Source: a virus | Taxonomy: Duplodnaviria; Caudoviricetes | Reading direction: 5' to 3' (one strand) | Length of the DNA: 64,000 nucleotides | Virus record (IMG/VR): IMGVR_UViG_3300033073_001153 | Span: 64,001 to 128,000 of that record | Part shown: in pieces, positions 10,149 to 20,419 of the stretch | How the letters are laid out: every line of letters starts with the position of its first letter | Position numbering within the stretch: the first letter of the stretch is position 1 | Translations under genes and position numbers: made by a program | Notes under the pieces: generated by a model | The model's input: the letters and a program-made list of their open reading frames with translations, nothing else | Told to the model about the DNA's origin: nothing | Database searches by the model: none

Positions 10149-10712
10149 TTAGATCAAAACACGAGAAAGTCCAAGGATGTAGATTCTGTTATTATTTTCG
10201 TCAGTTACGTCAGTAGCTTTACATTTTACATTTGTAATAACACCTGTAACTCTGTGATGATAGCGAAATATTTCTTCAAATGGTGTATTATGTTCAATCA
10301 TATTATGCCATTTTCTCTGTACTTCTTGTCGATCATCTATGTGTACAGATAATAGCCAGTTATGTCCGTGTGCTTCTTCTTCTGATAATCCAGTTAATGA
10401 TATCCATTTACTGTTTACTTTTATACACTTTCCTTCTTGATCACATACAAATTGAGCTAATTCTAATGTGTCTAGTATGGTATTAACTACTTTACCTTGT
10501 AATTTAATTTCGTTGTAAATTTTCTTTTGTCCTTCTTTGATTTCTAAAATCATTTCTGGAGTTTCATTTAATAATCTTATTAGATTATAAAAATCTGTTT
10601 TTTTAACAGTTTTTGCAACATATCTATAAAATCCATAGATTATACCAAGTGCTGCCAAGGTATAATAAATAGTGTTTATATTTTGATTTAAAAAATCAAG
10701 ATTTATGTTCAT
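10149..10712 (-). CDS. Membrane-anchored PAS-domain protein
   Basis: N-terminal TM helix; D.EGKCIKVN..W..LTG.SEEEA.G..W...VH.DD PAS signature. Confidence 0.8.
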   Translation of the reverse strand: MNINLDFLNQNINTIYYTLAALGIIYGFYRYVAKTVKKTDFYNLIRLLNETPEMILEIKEGQKKIYNEIKLQGKVVNTILDTLELAQFVCDQEGKCIKVNSKWISLTGLSEEEAHGHNWLLSVHIDDRQEVQRKWHNMIEHNTPFEEIFRYHHRVTGVITNVKCKATDVTDENNNRIYILGLSRVLI

Positions 10713-10717
10713 ACCAG

Positions 10718-10954
10718 CTATCCTTGAATAACTTCAGATTCTTGTGGTTTATCGGTATTAACAGTAGTATCTAAAAAAGCTTTTAGAGAAACGAAGCTAG
10801 GTAATAATGATTTCAAACCTAATTTAAGCCATTCTAAACTGGTTAAATCTGAAAAATTACGATATTCAATACTATCTAATAAAGTACCAAATGTAATTAA
10901 GGCACTTACTAGAAAATATGCGCCCATTCTAATATGTACTTTATATTTGTTCAT
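10718..10954 (-). CDS. Small membrane protein (holin-like)
   Basis: Two hydrophobic segments; late box upstream. Confidence 0.45.
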   Translation of the reverse strand: MNKYKVHIRMGAYFLVSALITFGTLLDSIEYRNFSDLTSLEWLKLGLKSLLPSFVSLKAFLDTTVNTDKPQESEVIQG

Positions 10955-11031
10955 ATTATTATTTATCCTAAATCGTCACAAAAAAAGAGTCTACGAACTC
11001 CATAAACTCTTCTCTCTTATAAGGTTCTATT

Positions 11032-11190
11032 TCACCAGTGCCGTATTACACCAGCAATAATAAAGAAACAAGTAATAATATGCATAAACCACCAAAAAGT
11101 ACGTATTACAGCAGCGATATCAGCTTGTCTTTTGTCTTCTGATATCTTGTCTCCCATTGTTTTGCACCAAATTTCCCAAATATTTTTCAT
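11032..11190 (-). CDS. 52-aa membrane protein (not in the ORF track)
   Basis: Translated by hand: MKNIWEIWCKTMGDKISEDKRQADIAAVIRTFWW..IIAGVIRHW; resembles a T4-like phage hypothetical. Confidence 0.7.
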   Translation of the reverse strand: MKNIWEIWCKTMGDKISEDKRQADIAAVIRTFWWFMHIITCFFIIAGVIRHW

Positions 11191-11191
11191 A

Positions 11192-11863
11192 TTATTTCGT
11201 AAAATAAAGTTTATCGTATGATCTTGAAGTTACTGTGTCTATAATTTTATTAGGAAACGTATTTATATAACCACTTCTTATCATAAATTGGTTGTATAGT
11301 TTTATTCTTTTTGATTCATTTTTGTCTACTTGAAATGAAATAATTTGTGTTTTATTAACTAAACCAGTAGATGCAAGAAAATCCATTGTACATCTTTCTA
11401 CGTTTCGCAAAAGACTTAAACTATAATTACCAACAGATCCAGTTAATTTTATATTAGAATCGGAATCTTCGAAGTATATGTTAAGCATGTACGAATCTGG
11501 ATATGTTTTTATTATGTTTAATATATACAATGCAGGCTTAGAGTTCGAAGAATCTTTATCAATTCCTAATAAATTAGAAGAATATGAATTTTCTAAATCT
11601 GATAAAACATGCATAGATAAATGAACATAAAACTTTTTATCATTTATATCTATTTCATATTTTCTTTTAAAACTTCCGTTTTTTGTTATATCTACATCAC
11701 CCAAATTTTTAAAAGATTCGTGAATATTACATTTATCAAATTCGTATCTTTCAAAAAAACTTTCCCAGTTAAAATTTTCATCATCTTCTACTAAAAGATA
11801 ATCTAAATTTTTATAGAAAATAGATTCATACAAAACATAAATTTGTTTCGTGTCTAAATTCAT
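11192..11863 (-). CDS. Hypothetical protein, paralogue of 8825..9505
   Basis: Internal similarity to 8825..9505. Confidence 0.7.
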   Translation of the reverse strand: MNLDTKQIYVLYESIFYKNLDYLLVEDDENFNWESFFERYEFDKCNIHESFKNLGDVDITKNGSFKRKYEIDINDKKFYVHLSMHVLSDLENSYSSNLLGIDKDSSNSKPALYILNIIKTYPDSYMLNIYFEDSDSNIKLTGSVGNYSLSLLRNVERCTMDFLASTGLVNKTQIISFQVDKNESKRIKLYNQFMIRSGYINTFPNKIIDTVTSRSYDKLYFTK

Positions 11864-12096
11864 GGATTCGTAATTTTATCAGCAATTTGTTGTAATTGAT
11901 TACGTTTATCTCCTTCTACTTTACCTGCATATTCATTTAACATACGAAATGCATATTCTATTCTTATCCAAGATAAACTAGTTCTGTCTATCTTGGGATT
12001 TTCTACGTTTCCGTCATTTATACAATATAATAGAATATCTTTTTCTTCTTCAGTTAATCGGTTTAATTTATGTGTATGAATCATTTTATAACTCAA
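11860..12096 (-). CDS. Hypothetical protein
   Basis: Overlaps the nrdB stop and the next start. Confidence 0.6.
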   Translation of the reverse strand: MSYKMIHTHKLNRLTEEEKDILLYCINDGNVENPKIDRTSLSWIRIEYAFRMLNEYAGKVEGDKRNQLQQIADKITNP

Positions 12097-13147
12097 TATT
12101 GCTAAATTCGTTATAATCTACTTGAGTATTACGTGCTCCGATCTTATAACTAATAATAGAAACTTCTTGAGGAGCTTGTTGAACCTTTCCAGAATCCATG
12201 AATGCATCATACCATGATCCTAGTGGATTCTTCTTAATATCATACATTTTCTTATAACCTAATGAACTTAGTCTGTTATTAGCTAACCATTCTACATATC
12301 CTTTTAATGTATCAGTATTAATACCTAATAGAGATCCTCTACTAAATAGGTAATCAGCCCACTTCTTTTCTTGTTCTACTGCAATATGATAAGCATCATA
12401 TACACGTTCTTCATTCTTTTTTACTATTTCTTGAAATCCTTCTTCTGGATTTTCTTTGAAATATTTCAAAATATTTTGTGTGATTGCTACGTGTAAATTC
12501 TCATCTCTGGCAATCAACTTAATGATCTTGGCATTTCCTTCCATCTTTCCTTTTGCACCGAAAAAGAAAGAACAAACAAAAGATGTATAAAATGCCAATC
12601 CTTCTGTAATTTGAGTAGATAATATACAATCAAATATATTTTGTTTAATATCATCACTATCTAAAAACATTTTATCGTATTCTTTTTTTGCTGCTTCTGC
12701 TCGTTCAATGATCTCTTTATCTTCTAAAATAGAATCCCAAAACTTACTTTCGTCTGGATATACGTTTTTTAAGATGTGTGAATATGAGCGAGAATGAATA
12801 TTAGATTCAAAAAATGCCCATACATTCATACATGCTTCTAATTCTGGGTTGGAAACATACTCAGCAAATTTAAAAATGCTTCGGGATAGCATACTATCAG
12901 TCATAGTTTGCCATTTTAAATTCGTATCAAATACGAATCTTTCTGTATCAGAAAGCAATTGATAATCTGCACGATCTTTTGTTAGATCAATTTCTTGTGC
13001 TCTCCAGAAAAATTCTTCTTGTCTTTCTGCAAGTTCAAAGAATTTTGGATACTTTAGCCTATCATATCTCTGTAATGATAGATTCTTTCCCAAAAACATA
13101 GGCTCTTTTCTGGTATCTACGTTGTCGATGTTGAGAACAGTTTTCAT
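12086..13147 (-). CDS. nrdB: Ribonucleotide reductase class Ia beta subunit
   Basis: FFW...EIDL, ESNIHSRSY, EGLAFY.SF, IARDENLH, APQE. Confidence 0.95.
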   Translation of the reverse strand: MKTVLNIDNVDTRKEPMFLGKNLSLQRYDRLKYPKFFELAERQEEFFWRAQEIDLTKDRADYQLLSDTERFVFDTNLKWQTMTDSMLSRSIFKFAEYVSNPELEACMNVWAFFESNIHSRSYSHILKNVYPDESKFWDSILEDKEIIERAEAAKKEYDKMFLDSDDIKQNIFDCILSTQITEGLAFYTSFVCSFFFGAKGKMEGNAKIIKLIARDENLHVAITQNILKYFKENPEEGFQEIVKKNEERVYDAYHIAVEQEKKWADYLFSRGSLLGINTDTLKGYVEWLANNRLSSLGYKKMYDIKKNPLGSWYDAFMDSGKVQQAPQEVSIISYKIGARNTQVDYNEFSNIEL

Positions 13148-13155
13148 ATTATTAT

Positions 13156-15417
13156 TTATATTGAACAAGCTCCACTAGCGCAACCACTTCCATTATCTGA
13201 AGCCGACTGAACATCACCGTCATTTGTATTAGAATAATATAAACTTTTTAGTCCCATACTATATGCATACAGAATTTCTTTAATTACTTGAGAATCTGGA
13301 AGGATTCCATTAGGGTAATGTGCGTAATTATAGTATAGATTAGTAGACAGTCCCATGTCAAACCATTTTTGAATCGCGGCATTTACATTAATTAATCCTA
13401 TATTATCCGTGAGTTCAAATGCTAATGTATATTTGTTCTTACAAGAAGAATAATTTGGAACTAATACAGGAATAGTACCAGCCTTTGAACTTTTATAAGT
13501 CATTAAAGAACGAACTGGTTCTGCTCCATTTGTTGTATTTTGAATAACCGAACTAGATTCCACGGGCATTTGGGCAGTTAATGAACTGTGTCTTAATCCA
13601 TATTTAACTATTTCTTGTCTAAGAGATTCCCAATCTAATGAAGGAGTTCTAGTAACTACTGTATCAACTTTTTTCTTATATGTATCAATAGGAAGAATAC
13701 CTTTAGAGTAATTAGTTAAATTAAACTTTTCACATGGCCCTTTTTCTTTTGATAATTCCATAGATGATTCTAATAGATAATATTGAACTTTTTCAATGAT
13801 TTCATCTACGAAGTTAGGAGTTTCTTTATCTGTGTATTTGAAATTATTCTTCGCAAGATATGCCGCTAAATTAGTAATTCCAATACCAAGACTTCTACGT
13901 TTCTTTGTAAAGTTTTCGGCAGCAACACAGAAGTATTCCTGATAATCAATAATTTCTTCTAACATTCTTACGATAATATTACAAGTATTCTTTAAATCTT
14001 TATCATCTTTAATTTCTAAAAGATTAATAGCTGAAAGAATACAAATACCAATTTCTCCTTCTGGATCGTCAATATGCTGAATTGGTTTAGTTGGATGTAG
14101 AATTTCCAAACATAAATTTTCCATGACTACTCTTTCTGAGAAAGGATTGTGCTCATTCGCATGATCAATATTCATCAAATAAATACGACCAGTTTCAGTT
14201 CTTTCTTTTACGAACAATGACATCAAACTAGAAGCCTTAATAGTTCTCTTGTACTTTATGTTAGGATCATTTTCGTATTTTACATATAATTCATCAAATT
14301 TCGGATAACCAAAAACTTCATACATGTCTTTAACTTCATGAGGAGAAAACAAAGTAATATTTTCATTCTTCATGAAACGCTCATAAAACAATTTAGAGAA
14401 TTGAATTGTATAATCTAACTTACGTGCTCTATTTTCCTCGGTTCCTCCATTGTTTTTTAATACTACTAAATCCTCAATGTCATAGTGCCAAAAAGGAAAG
14501 TTTACCGTAGCAGAACCACCTCTGGTTTGTTGTGAACTAGCTTTTACAGTGGCTTCGAATATTTTTAAGAACGGAATAGGTCCATCATGAATGACTCTTC
14601 CATTATTGATAGTGGTTCCAGTCCCACGAATTCTTCCCATATTCAAACCAATACCATAACTTTGTGTAGTAGCAAAACCAGTAGCGGCGGCACTACTAAA
14701 AATAGAATTCTTGGTGTCATCTACATCAATTAAACAACAAGAAGCAAATTGCTTCAGATTACCACGAATTCCAGCCATTTGTGGAGTAGGAAGATTAATT
14801 TTAAACTTCCTAAATGCATCATATGCTATTTTAACATATTCTAATCTCTTATTTTTAGGATACTGACTGAACACAGTCATAGCAATTAACATATATGCTA
14901 ATTGAGGTGTTTCAAAAATTTCTTTTGTTTCTTTGTTCTTGAAAAGATATTTGTCACATAATTGCTTAATTCCAGCATAAGTGAAATCATAATCACTGTC
15001 ATGCTTTAACTTTTCGTCTAGTTTATTGATTTCAATCTCAGAATATAGATCTAAAATTTCTTTATTATAAATTCCACGTTCTACATTTTTACGAATAAAA
15101 TCAATTAATTTGGGAGGATTCTTACCACCCCAAACATCTTTTCGTAATTGATAATTAAGAAGCCTTGAAGCCACCCATTGATAATTTGGATTCTCTTCAG
15201 AGAAAAGATTTACAGCAGAATCAATTAATACTTTGTGGATTTCTGTGGAAGAAATACCATCTACTATATTCAATTTGGAATTTATTTCAATGTCCGAAAC
15301 CGAAACATCACTCAATCCTTCAGTAGCCCACTGAATTACTTTATTTATCTTCTCAACTTCAAAAGGAACTAATTCGCCATTCCTTTTCTTGACATTGATA
15401 ATTTTATCACTTTTCAT
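13156..15417 (-). CDS. nrdA: Ribonucleotide reductase class Ia alpha subunit with ATP cone
   Basis: VKKRNG ATP cone, LPTP, QFASCC, NLCLEI, KSLYY, C-terminal CASGAC; ATG at 15417. Confidence 0.95.
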   Translation of the reverse strand: MKSDKIINVKKRNGELVPFEVEKINKVIQWATEGLSDVSVSDIEINSKLNIVDGISSTEIHKVLIDSAVNLFSEENPNYQWVASRLLNYQLRKDVWGGKNPPKLIDFIRKNVERGIYNKEILDLYSEIEINKLDEKLKHDSDYDFTYAGIKQLCDKYLFKNKETKEIFETPQLAYMLIAMTVFSQYPKNKRLEYVKIAYDAFRKFKINLPTPQMAGIRGNLKQFASCCLIDVDDTKNSIFSSAAATGFATTQSYGIGLNMGRIRGTGTTINNGRVIHDGPIPFLKIFEATVKASSQQTRGGSATVNFPFWHYDIEDLVVLKNNGGTEENRARKLDYTIQFSKLFYERFMKNENITLFSPHEVKDMYEVFGYPKFDELYVKYENDPNIKYKRTIKASSLMSLFVKERTETGRIYLMNIDHANEHNPFSERVVMENLCLEILHPTKPIQHIDDPEGEIGICILSAINLLEIKDDKDLKNTCNIIVRMLEEIIDYQEYFCVAAENFTKKRRSLGIGITNLAAYLAKNNFKYTDKETPNFVDEIIEKVQYYLLESSMELSKEKGPCEKFNLTNYSKGILPIDTYKKKVDTVVTRTPSLDWESLRQEIVKYGLRHSSLTAQMPVESSSVIQNTTNGAEPVRSLMTYKSSKAGTIPVLVPNYSSCKNKYTLAFELTDNIGLINVNAAIQKWFDMGLSTNLYYNYAHYPNGILPDSQVIKEILYAYSMGLKSLYYSNTNDGDVQSASDNGSGCASGACSI

Positions 15418-15506
15418 AATTAGGTACACAATATTTATAGAACTTTTATCCTCTAATAATCGCACAAAAAATGCATATCGGCAAGATAAATAATTAAAGT
15501 TTTTTC

Positions 15507-15965
15507 TTAGTTATATAGTTCTTTTATAACTGAAGGAATTATTGGCTTGTATTTTTTTCTAAAAGTATCTTTATCTTTAAGATATTCTAAAAATAAATCA
15601 TCTTCTTTTATAGGTTCCCAATAATCTATAATTCCATTTTTATTATAGATTACATAAATTTTTATCAAACGATCTATTCCATAGACATCATATGTAATAT
15701 TGTCTTTTACTTTTTTGAAAAGATTCAAATCTTCCGAATTTATATTTACTTGTTTAATATATTCAAAAGTGTTCACCACATTTAAATATGATAACATATT
15801 ATAATGATAATCCTCATAATCTACATCTAATAAAGGATCGTCTAAATTTAGATCTAAATTATAATACATTATAGAATTTTTTAAATCTTCTAAATATGAA
15901 GATCTTATTATATCTCTAAAAGATATATTTTTAGATAGATTTTCTATAAATTCTAAATCTTTCAT
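15507..15965 (-). CDS. Hypothetical protein
   Basis: ORF in the minus-strand gene run; start uncertain. Confidence 0.55.
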   Translation of the reverse strand: MKDLEFIENLSKNISFRDIIRSSYLEDLKNSIMYYNLDLNLDDPLLDVDYEDYHYNMLSYLNVVNTFEYIKQVNINSEDLNLFKKVKDNITYDVYGIDRLIKIYVIYNKNGIIDYWEPIKEDDLFLEYLKDKDTFRKKYKPIIPSVIKELYN

Positions 15966-16503
15966 TTTTTGAATTATTTTTGATAACATTTTCAAAAATT
16001 TCATTTAAATTTTTGGATGAAATTTCTATTTCATTATTAGAAACTTCATCTAATAATGTTACTTCATTTCCAATAGAAAAAGCCTCTAATATTAATTTTT
16101 TCCACATTAGATAACCATATTCTGTCAATATTTTATCAGATTGAATAAAATTAAATTTAGGAAGATAAAAATTAAAAAATAAATATCTATACAATCCTTT
16201 TGTTTTAGAAGATGTCCAAATTAAATTTACTGTTATATAATTAGAAATTAATGTATAATCAAAATACATACATACTTCATTATCAAATAATAAAATTTCT
16301 ATTACATTATTTGGTTTTTGTATAACATATCTATCATAGATATTATTATTTAATCCTGTTATTTTTTCTACAGGAGAATAATTATTCTTAATAAAAATTG
16401 CATAGTTTTTATTAACATAATCCGAATTAAATCTTGTTAAATTTGTATTTTGAAAATTTACAAATTCTGGAGATTCAATATAAAATTGTTTAAAACTTTT
16501 CAT
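15931..16503 (-). CDS. Hypothetical protein with capsid-targeting-like leader
   Basis: Starts MKSFKQFYIES, similar to T4 internal protein leaders. Confidence 0.6.
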   Translation of the reverse strand: MKSFKQFYIESPEFVNFQNTNLTRFNSDYVNKNYAIFIKNNYSPVEKITGLNNNIYDRYVIQKPNNVIEILLFDNEVCMYFDYTLISNYITVNLIWTSSKTKGLYRYLFFNFYLPKFNFIQSDKILTEYGYLMWKKLILEAFSIGNEVTLLDEVSNNEIEISSKNLNEIFENVIKNNSKNERFRIYRKSI

Positions 16504-16831
16504 TTCTTAAATTTTGTATATATTCGGTCACTTCTGGATCTGATTTTTTAACACTAGTAGATTCTGAAAAATTAACTTCGTCATCGTTAATTTTTAAGAT
16601 TTCCTTCACTGTTTTATCAGTGATTTCGGGTAGATCTTCTCTGTCAACTTTTAGAAGATCCTTAATTTCTTTCACTTTATATCCACGTTTAAGTAAACTT
16701 TTTACTTGACGAGACACATAAAGTGAATTGAATTTCTCTTCCGATCCGAACTGTGACACTTTTTTATCGTAGTATTCGTTTCCTACGGTTATTTGTTTAC
16801 CAGTAACGACACAAGTGAGTTTATGAGACAT
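16490..16831 (-). CDS. Hypothetical protein, possible HTH
   Basis: LKRGYKVKEIKDLL; TTGTGT-N16-TATCAT upstream. Confidence 0.65.
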   Translation of the reverse strand: MSHKLTCVVTGKQITVGNEYYDKKVSQFGSEEKFNSLYVSRQVKSLLKRGYKVKEIKDLLKVDREDLPEITDKTVKEILKINDDEVNFSESTSVKKSDPEVTEYIQNLRNEKF

Positions 16832-16881
16832 TCATCTATGATAACACATTTTTTACTTCACACAAGGATAAAAATTTTAAA

Positions 16882-17517
16882 TTAACGAACCGTAATTGTA
16901 TCGTATAGCGGGTGTTGTTTTTTTGAAGATTTAAAAATAATCTTTCCAACTACGTTTCCTAAATTTAAATTACCTGAAGTCATTGGTCTGAGTGATGGTT
17001 CTTTATATGTTATACCACCAGATGGATTCTTTGATTTTTGTATATGCCTTGCTAATTTAACTGGATTTTGCATCTCTAATTTTAGACAATATAAATGTAA
17101 TGAACCACTTTCAATTGTAATTAAAAATGAATCATCTCTAAGAGATTCTGGTTTTTGTATCCAACTATAAAGTGAAGGACGTACTAAATTTGTCCTATAA
17201 TTTCTAGATCCTTTAATTTTGGTTTGTATATTATCTGGATATATTGTTTTATTATCAGAAGTTATAAATGATGCTCTTCCAGTGGAACAATCAATAATTC
17301 CATTTTCGTATATGGTATCTGTTAGTATCTCAGAAGTTTTTTTATCATAATATTCACCATGTGGGCGATATCCATGTTTTTCTGTATGTCTCTTAAACAT
17401 CGGACGAGGATCATATTTTTTAATTCTATCGGGAGTACTTTCATCACCATGAAATCTCCCCGGAACCACATCAATAATTGGTGTTTCTTTTAAAAAATAT
17501 TCCTCAAATTTTATCAT
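16882..17517 (-). CDS. Hypothetical late protein with leader MIKFEEYFLKE
   Basis: TAAATA-N5-ATG; leader motif. Confidence 0.65.
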   Translation of the reverse strand: MIKFEEYFLKETPIIDVVPGRFHGDESTPDRIKKYDPRPMFKRHTEKHGYRPHGEYYDKKTSEILTDTIYENGIIDCSTGRASFITSDNKTIYPDNIQTKIKGSRNYRTNLVRPSLYSWIQKPESLRDDSFLITIESGSLHLYCLKLEMQNPVKLARHIQKSKNPSGGITYKEPSLRPMTSGNLNLGNVVGKIIFKSSKKQHPLYDTITVR

Positions 17518-17525
17518 TAAATTAT

Positions 17526-18890
17526 TTATGTTATAATTTCTTTAATCACATTACCGAAGTTATCAGTCAGACGAAATTCACGGCCATTGTAGTTGTAGGT
17601 TAATTTGGTGTGATCAAACCCCATCAGATGAAGAATAGTAGCATGTAGATCATGAATATGTACTATATCTTTTACTGACTTACCACCAGTTTCGTCAGTT
17701 TCGCCGTATCGTTGTCCTCCTTTTACGTTACCACCTGCCATCCATACTGAGAAAGCTTTACCATTATGGTCACGTCCCGGCGCACCTGCTCCACCACCTG
17801 CTGTGACTGTACGTCCAAATTCACCACCCCAAATTACTAGTGTAGAATCCAACAATCCTCTTTGTTTAAGATCTGTTAATAATCCACTAAAGGCTGTATC
17901 ATAACGCATTGCGGTATTAGTCATTGCGGTTTTGATATCATTATGATGATCATATCCACCCACACTAACTTGTACGAAACGTACACCACGTTCAACTAAA
18001 CGACGAGCCACAATCATTTTATTACCTTCTTCGTTACGTCCATACAAATCTTTAATATTTTCTGGTTCTTTAGTAATATCAAAAGCATCTGTTGCTTCGG
18101 TTTGCATCTTGTATGCTGTTTCAAATGCTTCAATTCTAGCTTCTAGTTGCACATCTTTTTGCAACTTAGCCATATGATCATTGTTTAAAAACTTAGAAAA
18201 ATCCAATTGTCTTCTTTGTCGATCTAAAGTAGAAAATTCACTTCGGATATTAGAAAGAATCTCTTCTGCTCGCATACCAGTTCTGTATTGTACATTACAT
18301 CCCTGATACATCCCCGGTAAAAATGCACACTGTCTCCATTCTGGCGCACCATTTAAACTGATAAACGATGGCATATTTTGGTTTAACGAACCCAAACCAT
18401 AGGTTAACCAACTACCTAGACTTGGTTTCGGAAGTTGAGTAGATCCGGTATTAAACATCTTAGCGGCAATTCCATGATCTGGAATGTCAGTTTGCATGGA
18501 ATTAATAATTGCCATACTATCGGCATGTTGACCTAACTTACTCCAGACTTCGGATATATGTAATCCCGACTTACCAAACTGTGGAAAATTAAATGGAGAA
18601 GCAAGTAAATTACCATACTCTCCTTTTTGTCCATCACGTTTCTGTAATTCTGGTTTATAATCAAACGTATCTACGTGTGAAGGCGCACCAGAAGCAAATA
18701 ATTGAATCACTGCTTTTGCTTTTACAGGAAAATGTGAAGGTTTAGCAGCAAGAGGAGAAACCGCTTCAGCAGTAATTGGATCTATTCCAAGTAAAGATGC
18801 TAAAGATAATCCACCCATTCCCCAACCAAAATTATTCAGAAAATCTCTTCTGGTTGTATATTCGTTATTGTGATTCCCGCAGTCTTTCAT
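17526..18890 (-). CDS. DUF1501-family protein (PVC-type) with twin-arginine-like N-terminus
   Basis: TRRDFL, KAKAVIQLF..GAPSHVDTFDYKP, ARRLVERGVRFVQV, TLVIWGGEFGRT, GRDHN, HIHDLHATILHLMG. Confidence 0.92.
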   Translation of the reverse strand: MKDCGNHNNEYTTRRDFLNNFGWGMGGLSLASLLGIDPITAEAVSPLAAKPSHFPVKAKAVIQLFASGAPSHVDTFDYKPELQKRDGQKGEYGNLLASPFNFPQFGKSGLHISEVWSKLGQHADSMAIINSMQTDIPDHGIAAKMFNTGSTQLPKPSLGSWLTYGLGSLNQNMPSFISLNGAPEWRQCAFLPGMYQGCNVQYRTGMRAEEILSNIRSEFSTLDRQRRQLDFSKFLNNDHMAKLQKDVQLEARIEAFETAYKMQTEATDAFDITKEPENIKDLYGRNEEGNKMIVARRLVERGVRFVQVSVGGYDHHNDIKTAMTNTAMRYDTAFSGLLTDLKQRGLLDSTLVIWGGEFGRTVTAGGGAGAPGRDHNGKAFSVWMAGGNVKGGQRYGETDETGGKSVKDIVHIHDLHATILHLMGFDHTKLTYNYNGREFRLTDNFGNVIKEIIT

Positions 18891-18894
18891 ATTT

Positions 18895-19122
18895 TTATTT
18901 TCTACGTTTTTTAGTTTTTTTATTTTTAATATAATCTTTCTTTTGTGGGAAAAATCCGCGACCCAATGGCTGATTAGCTCCTCCCATTCCCTGAAATGGC
19001 ATGGCTACATTTAATGGAGTGTTTGGTCCTCCTGCATATGCGGTTCCTGTTCCGTACTTACCAGAAGTAAAATCATAGTTATAATCTTCTAGTAATCTTT
19101 TTATTAGATCATCAAACTTCAT
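18895..19122 (-). CDS. Small late protein with MKFDDL..LLE leader
   Basis: TAAATA-N5-ATG; basic C-terminus. Confidence 0.7.
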   Translation of the reverse strand: MKFDDLIKRLLEDYNYDFTSGKYGTGTAYAGGPNTPLNVAMPFQGMGGANQPLGRGFFPQKKDYIKNKKTKKRRK

Positions 19123-19146
19123 ACAGATATTTAGTTAAATACTCTT

Positions 19147-19512
19147 ATGAATATTAGTAATTATCATTTAGGAGATGTTTATCAGCAAAAAGTATTGTTG
19201 CGTGAATTTAATAGTCCTGTGAATGATACTAGAAATTCATATGAAGTTACCGCTTCTATGAATGGTCCCGGTAAAGGACCAACTACAGGAGCTACAGATA
19301 CCAGTCCAAATAATTTTGATAGTAAAGTAATGTTTCCAAAAGATCAAGAAATTTCCAACGAAATGAAGAAAAATATGTTGATTAAATTTCTACAAGACGA
19401 AATAGACAACGGCAATTTCAATCAAGAAACAAAAAACAAATTCGAAGACTTACTCAGTCATTTGCTCAGTACAAACTCCGCAGAAGAAATTAAGAAAAAG
19501 AAGAAAAAATAA
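19147..19512 (+). CDS. Hypothetical late protein
   Basis: Divergent late box; poly-Lys tail. Confidence 0.65.
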   Translation: MNISNYHLGDVYQQKVLLREFNSPVNDTRNSYEVTASMNGPGKGPTTGATDTSPNNFDSKVMFPKDQEISNEMKKNMLIKFLQDEIDNGNFNQETKNKFEDLLSHLLSTNSAEEIKKKKKK

Positions 19513-19821
19513 TTATTCTTTGTCTATTTCTTTATCTATTAAGATAGTTAAGGAATGAATTAAACTTAACATGCTGTCAGCTATCCAACATAGTGCTGAA
19601 GAAGAAAAGGGATACCATACGAGTTCAATACCGAATCCTTCGATACTATAAAGAAATGGTATCATACTGAGTCCAACCCAGAATCCCATACATAAACAAC
19701 ACTTGTATAGTTTTTTTAGAATCGGAAAAACTTCTGAAGTTTTTTGTCGGAAACTTTCTAAAATAGATCCGTGTTTTAAAATTAAACACAATCCTATACT
19801 ACTGATCCAATAAAATATCAT
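19513..19821 (-). CDS. Membrane protein, DUF1360-like
   Basis: KLYKCCLCMGFWVG motif and TM segments. Confidence 0.6.
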   Translation of the reverse strand: MIFYWISSIGLCLILKHGSILESFRQKTSEVFPILKKLYKCCLCMGFWVGLSMIPFLYSIEGFGIELVWYPFSSSALCWIADSMLSLIHSLTILIDKEIDKE

Positions 19822-19822
19822 A

Positions 19823-20419
19823 TTATAAATTTACTTTTTTGTATACTACATCTTCTGAATTTGTATACTTTCCATAAGGAAGAGAAACCAAAATGTTTTC
19901 GTTATCTAGTGAAAATATAGGATCTCCATCTACTGTAACATGAGTTAAACTCACATTTTTTCCATTTGAAAATCCTAAAACCAAATCTGAAATAATATCA
20001 TCCATTAATTTTCTATTAACTGATAGACTTTTTAATTGTTCACTTTCATTTTTGTTTTCATCTATTTCAGAACGCAAAATGCTCATTCTAGAAATAATTT
20101 CATGTCTTTCTTCTTTTGACAATTCTTTTATATTTCTTTTTTCTGGTACGTCAATTTCCACCGAACTTTCTTCTTCACCGTAGGTTTCTGTATACTCTGG
20201 TTCTGAAAAATCATTAGGTTCTCTTTCAGATGATGGAATATATTCTTTTCTACTTTGCGGAATTGGAGACTTTTTGAAATGCCTACCTTTGTATCTACCA
20301 AATTTACTTCCTTCGAGATCACCAAAATCATTTTCAGGATTTATATTGATTTCTAATAATACCTTTTTTAGGTATATATTAGATAAATTTGATAAATCTT
20401 TCTTATTCATTTTTATCAA
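19823..20419 (-). CDS. Hypothetical protein
   Basis: 198-aa ORF in an operon-like run. Confidence 0.6.
   Translation of the reverse strand: MIKMNKKDLSNLSNIYLKKVLLEININPENDFGDLEGSKFGRYKGRHFKKSPIPQSRKEYIPSSEREPNDFSEPEYTETYGEEESSVEIDVPEKRNIKELSKEERHEIISRMSILRSEIDENKNESEQLKSLSVNRKLMDDIISDLVLGFSNGKNVSLTHVTVDGDPIFSLDNENILVSLPYGKYTNSEDVVYKKVNL

Noticed and set aside
12086-15417. Introns or inteins in nrdA/nrdB
   Set aside because: Both ORFs are continuous and of normal length.
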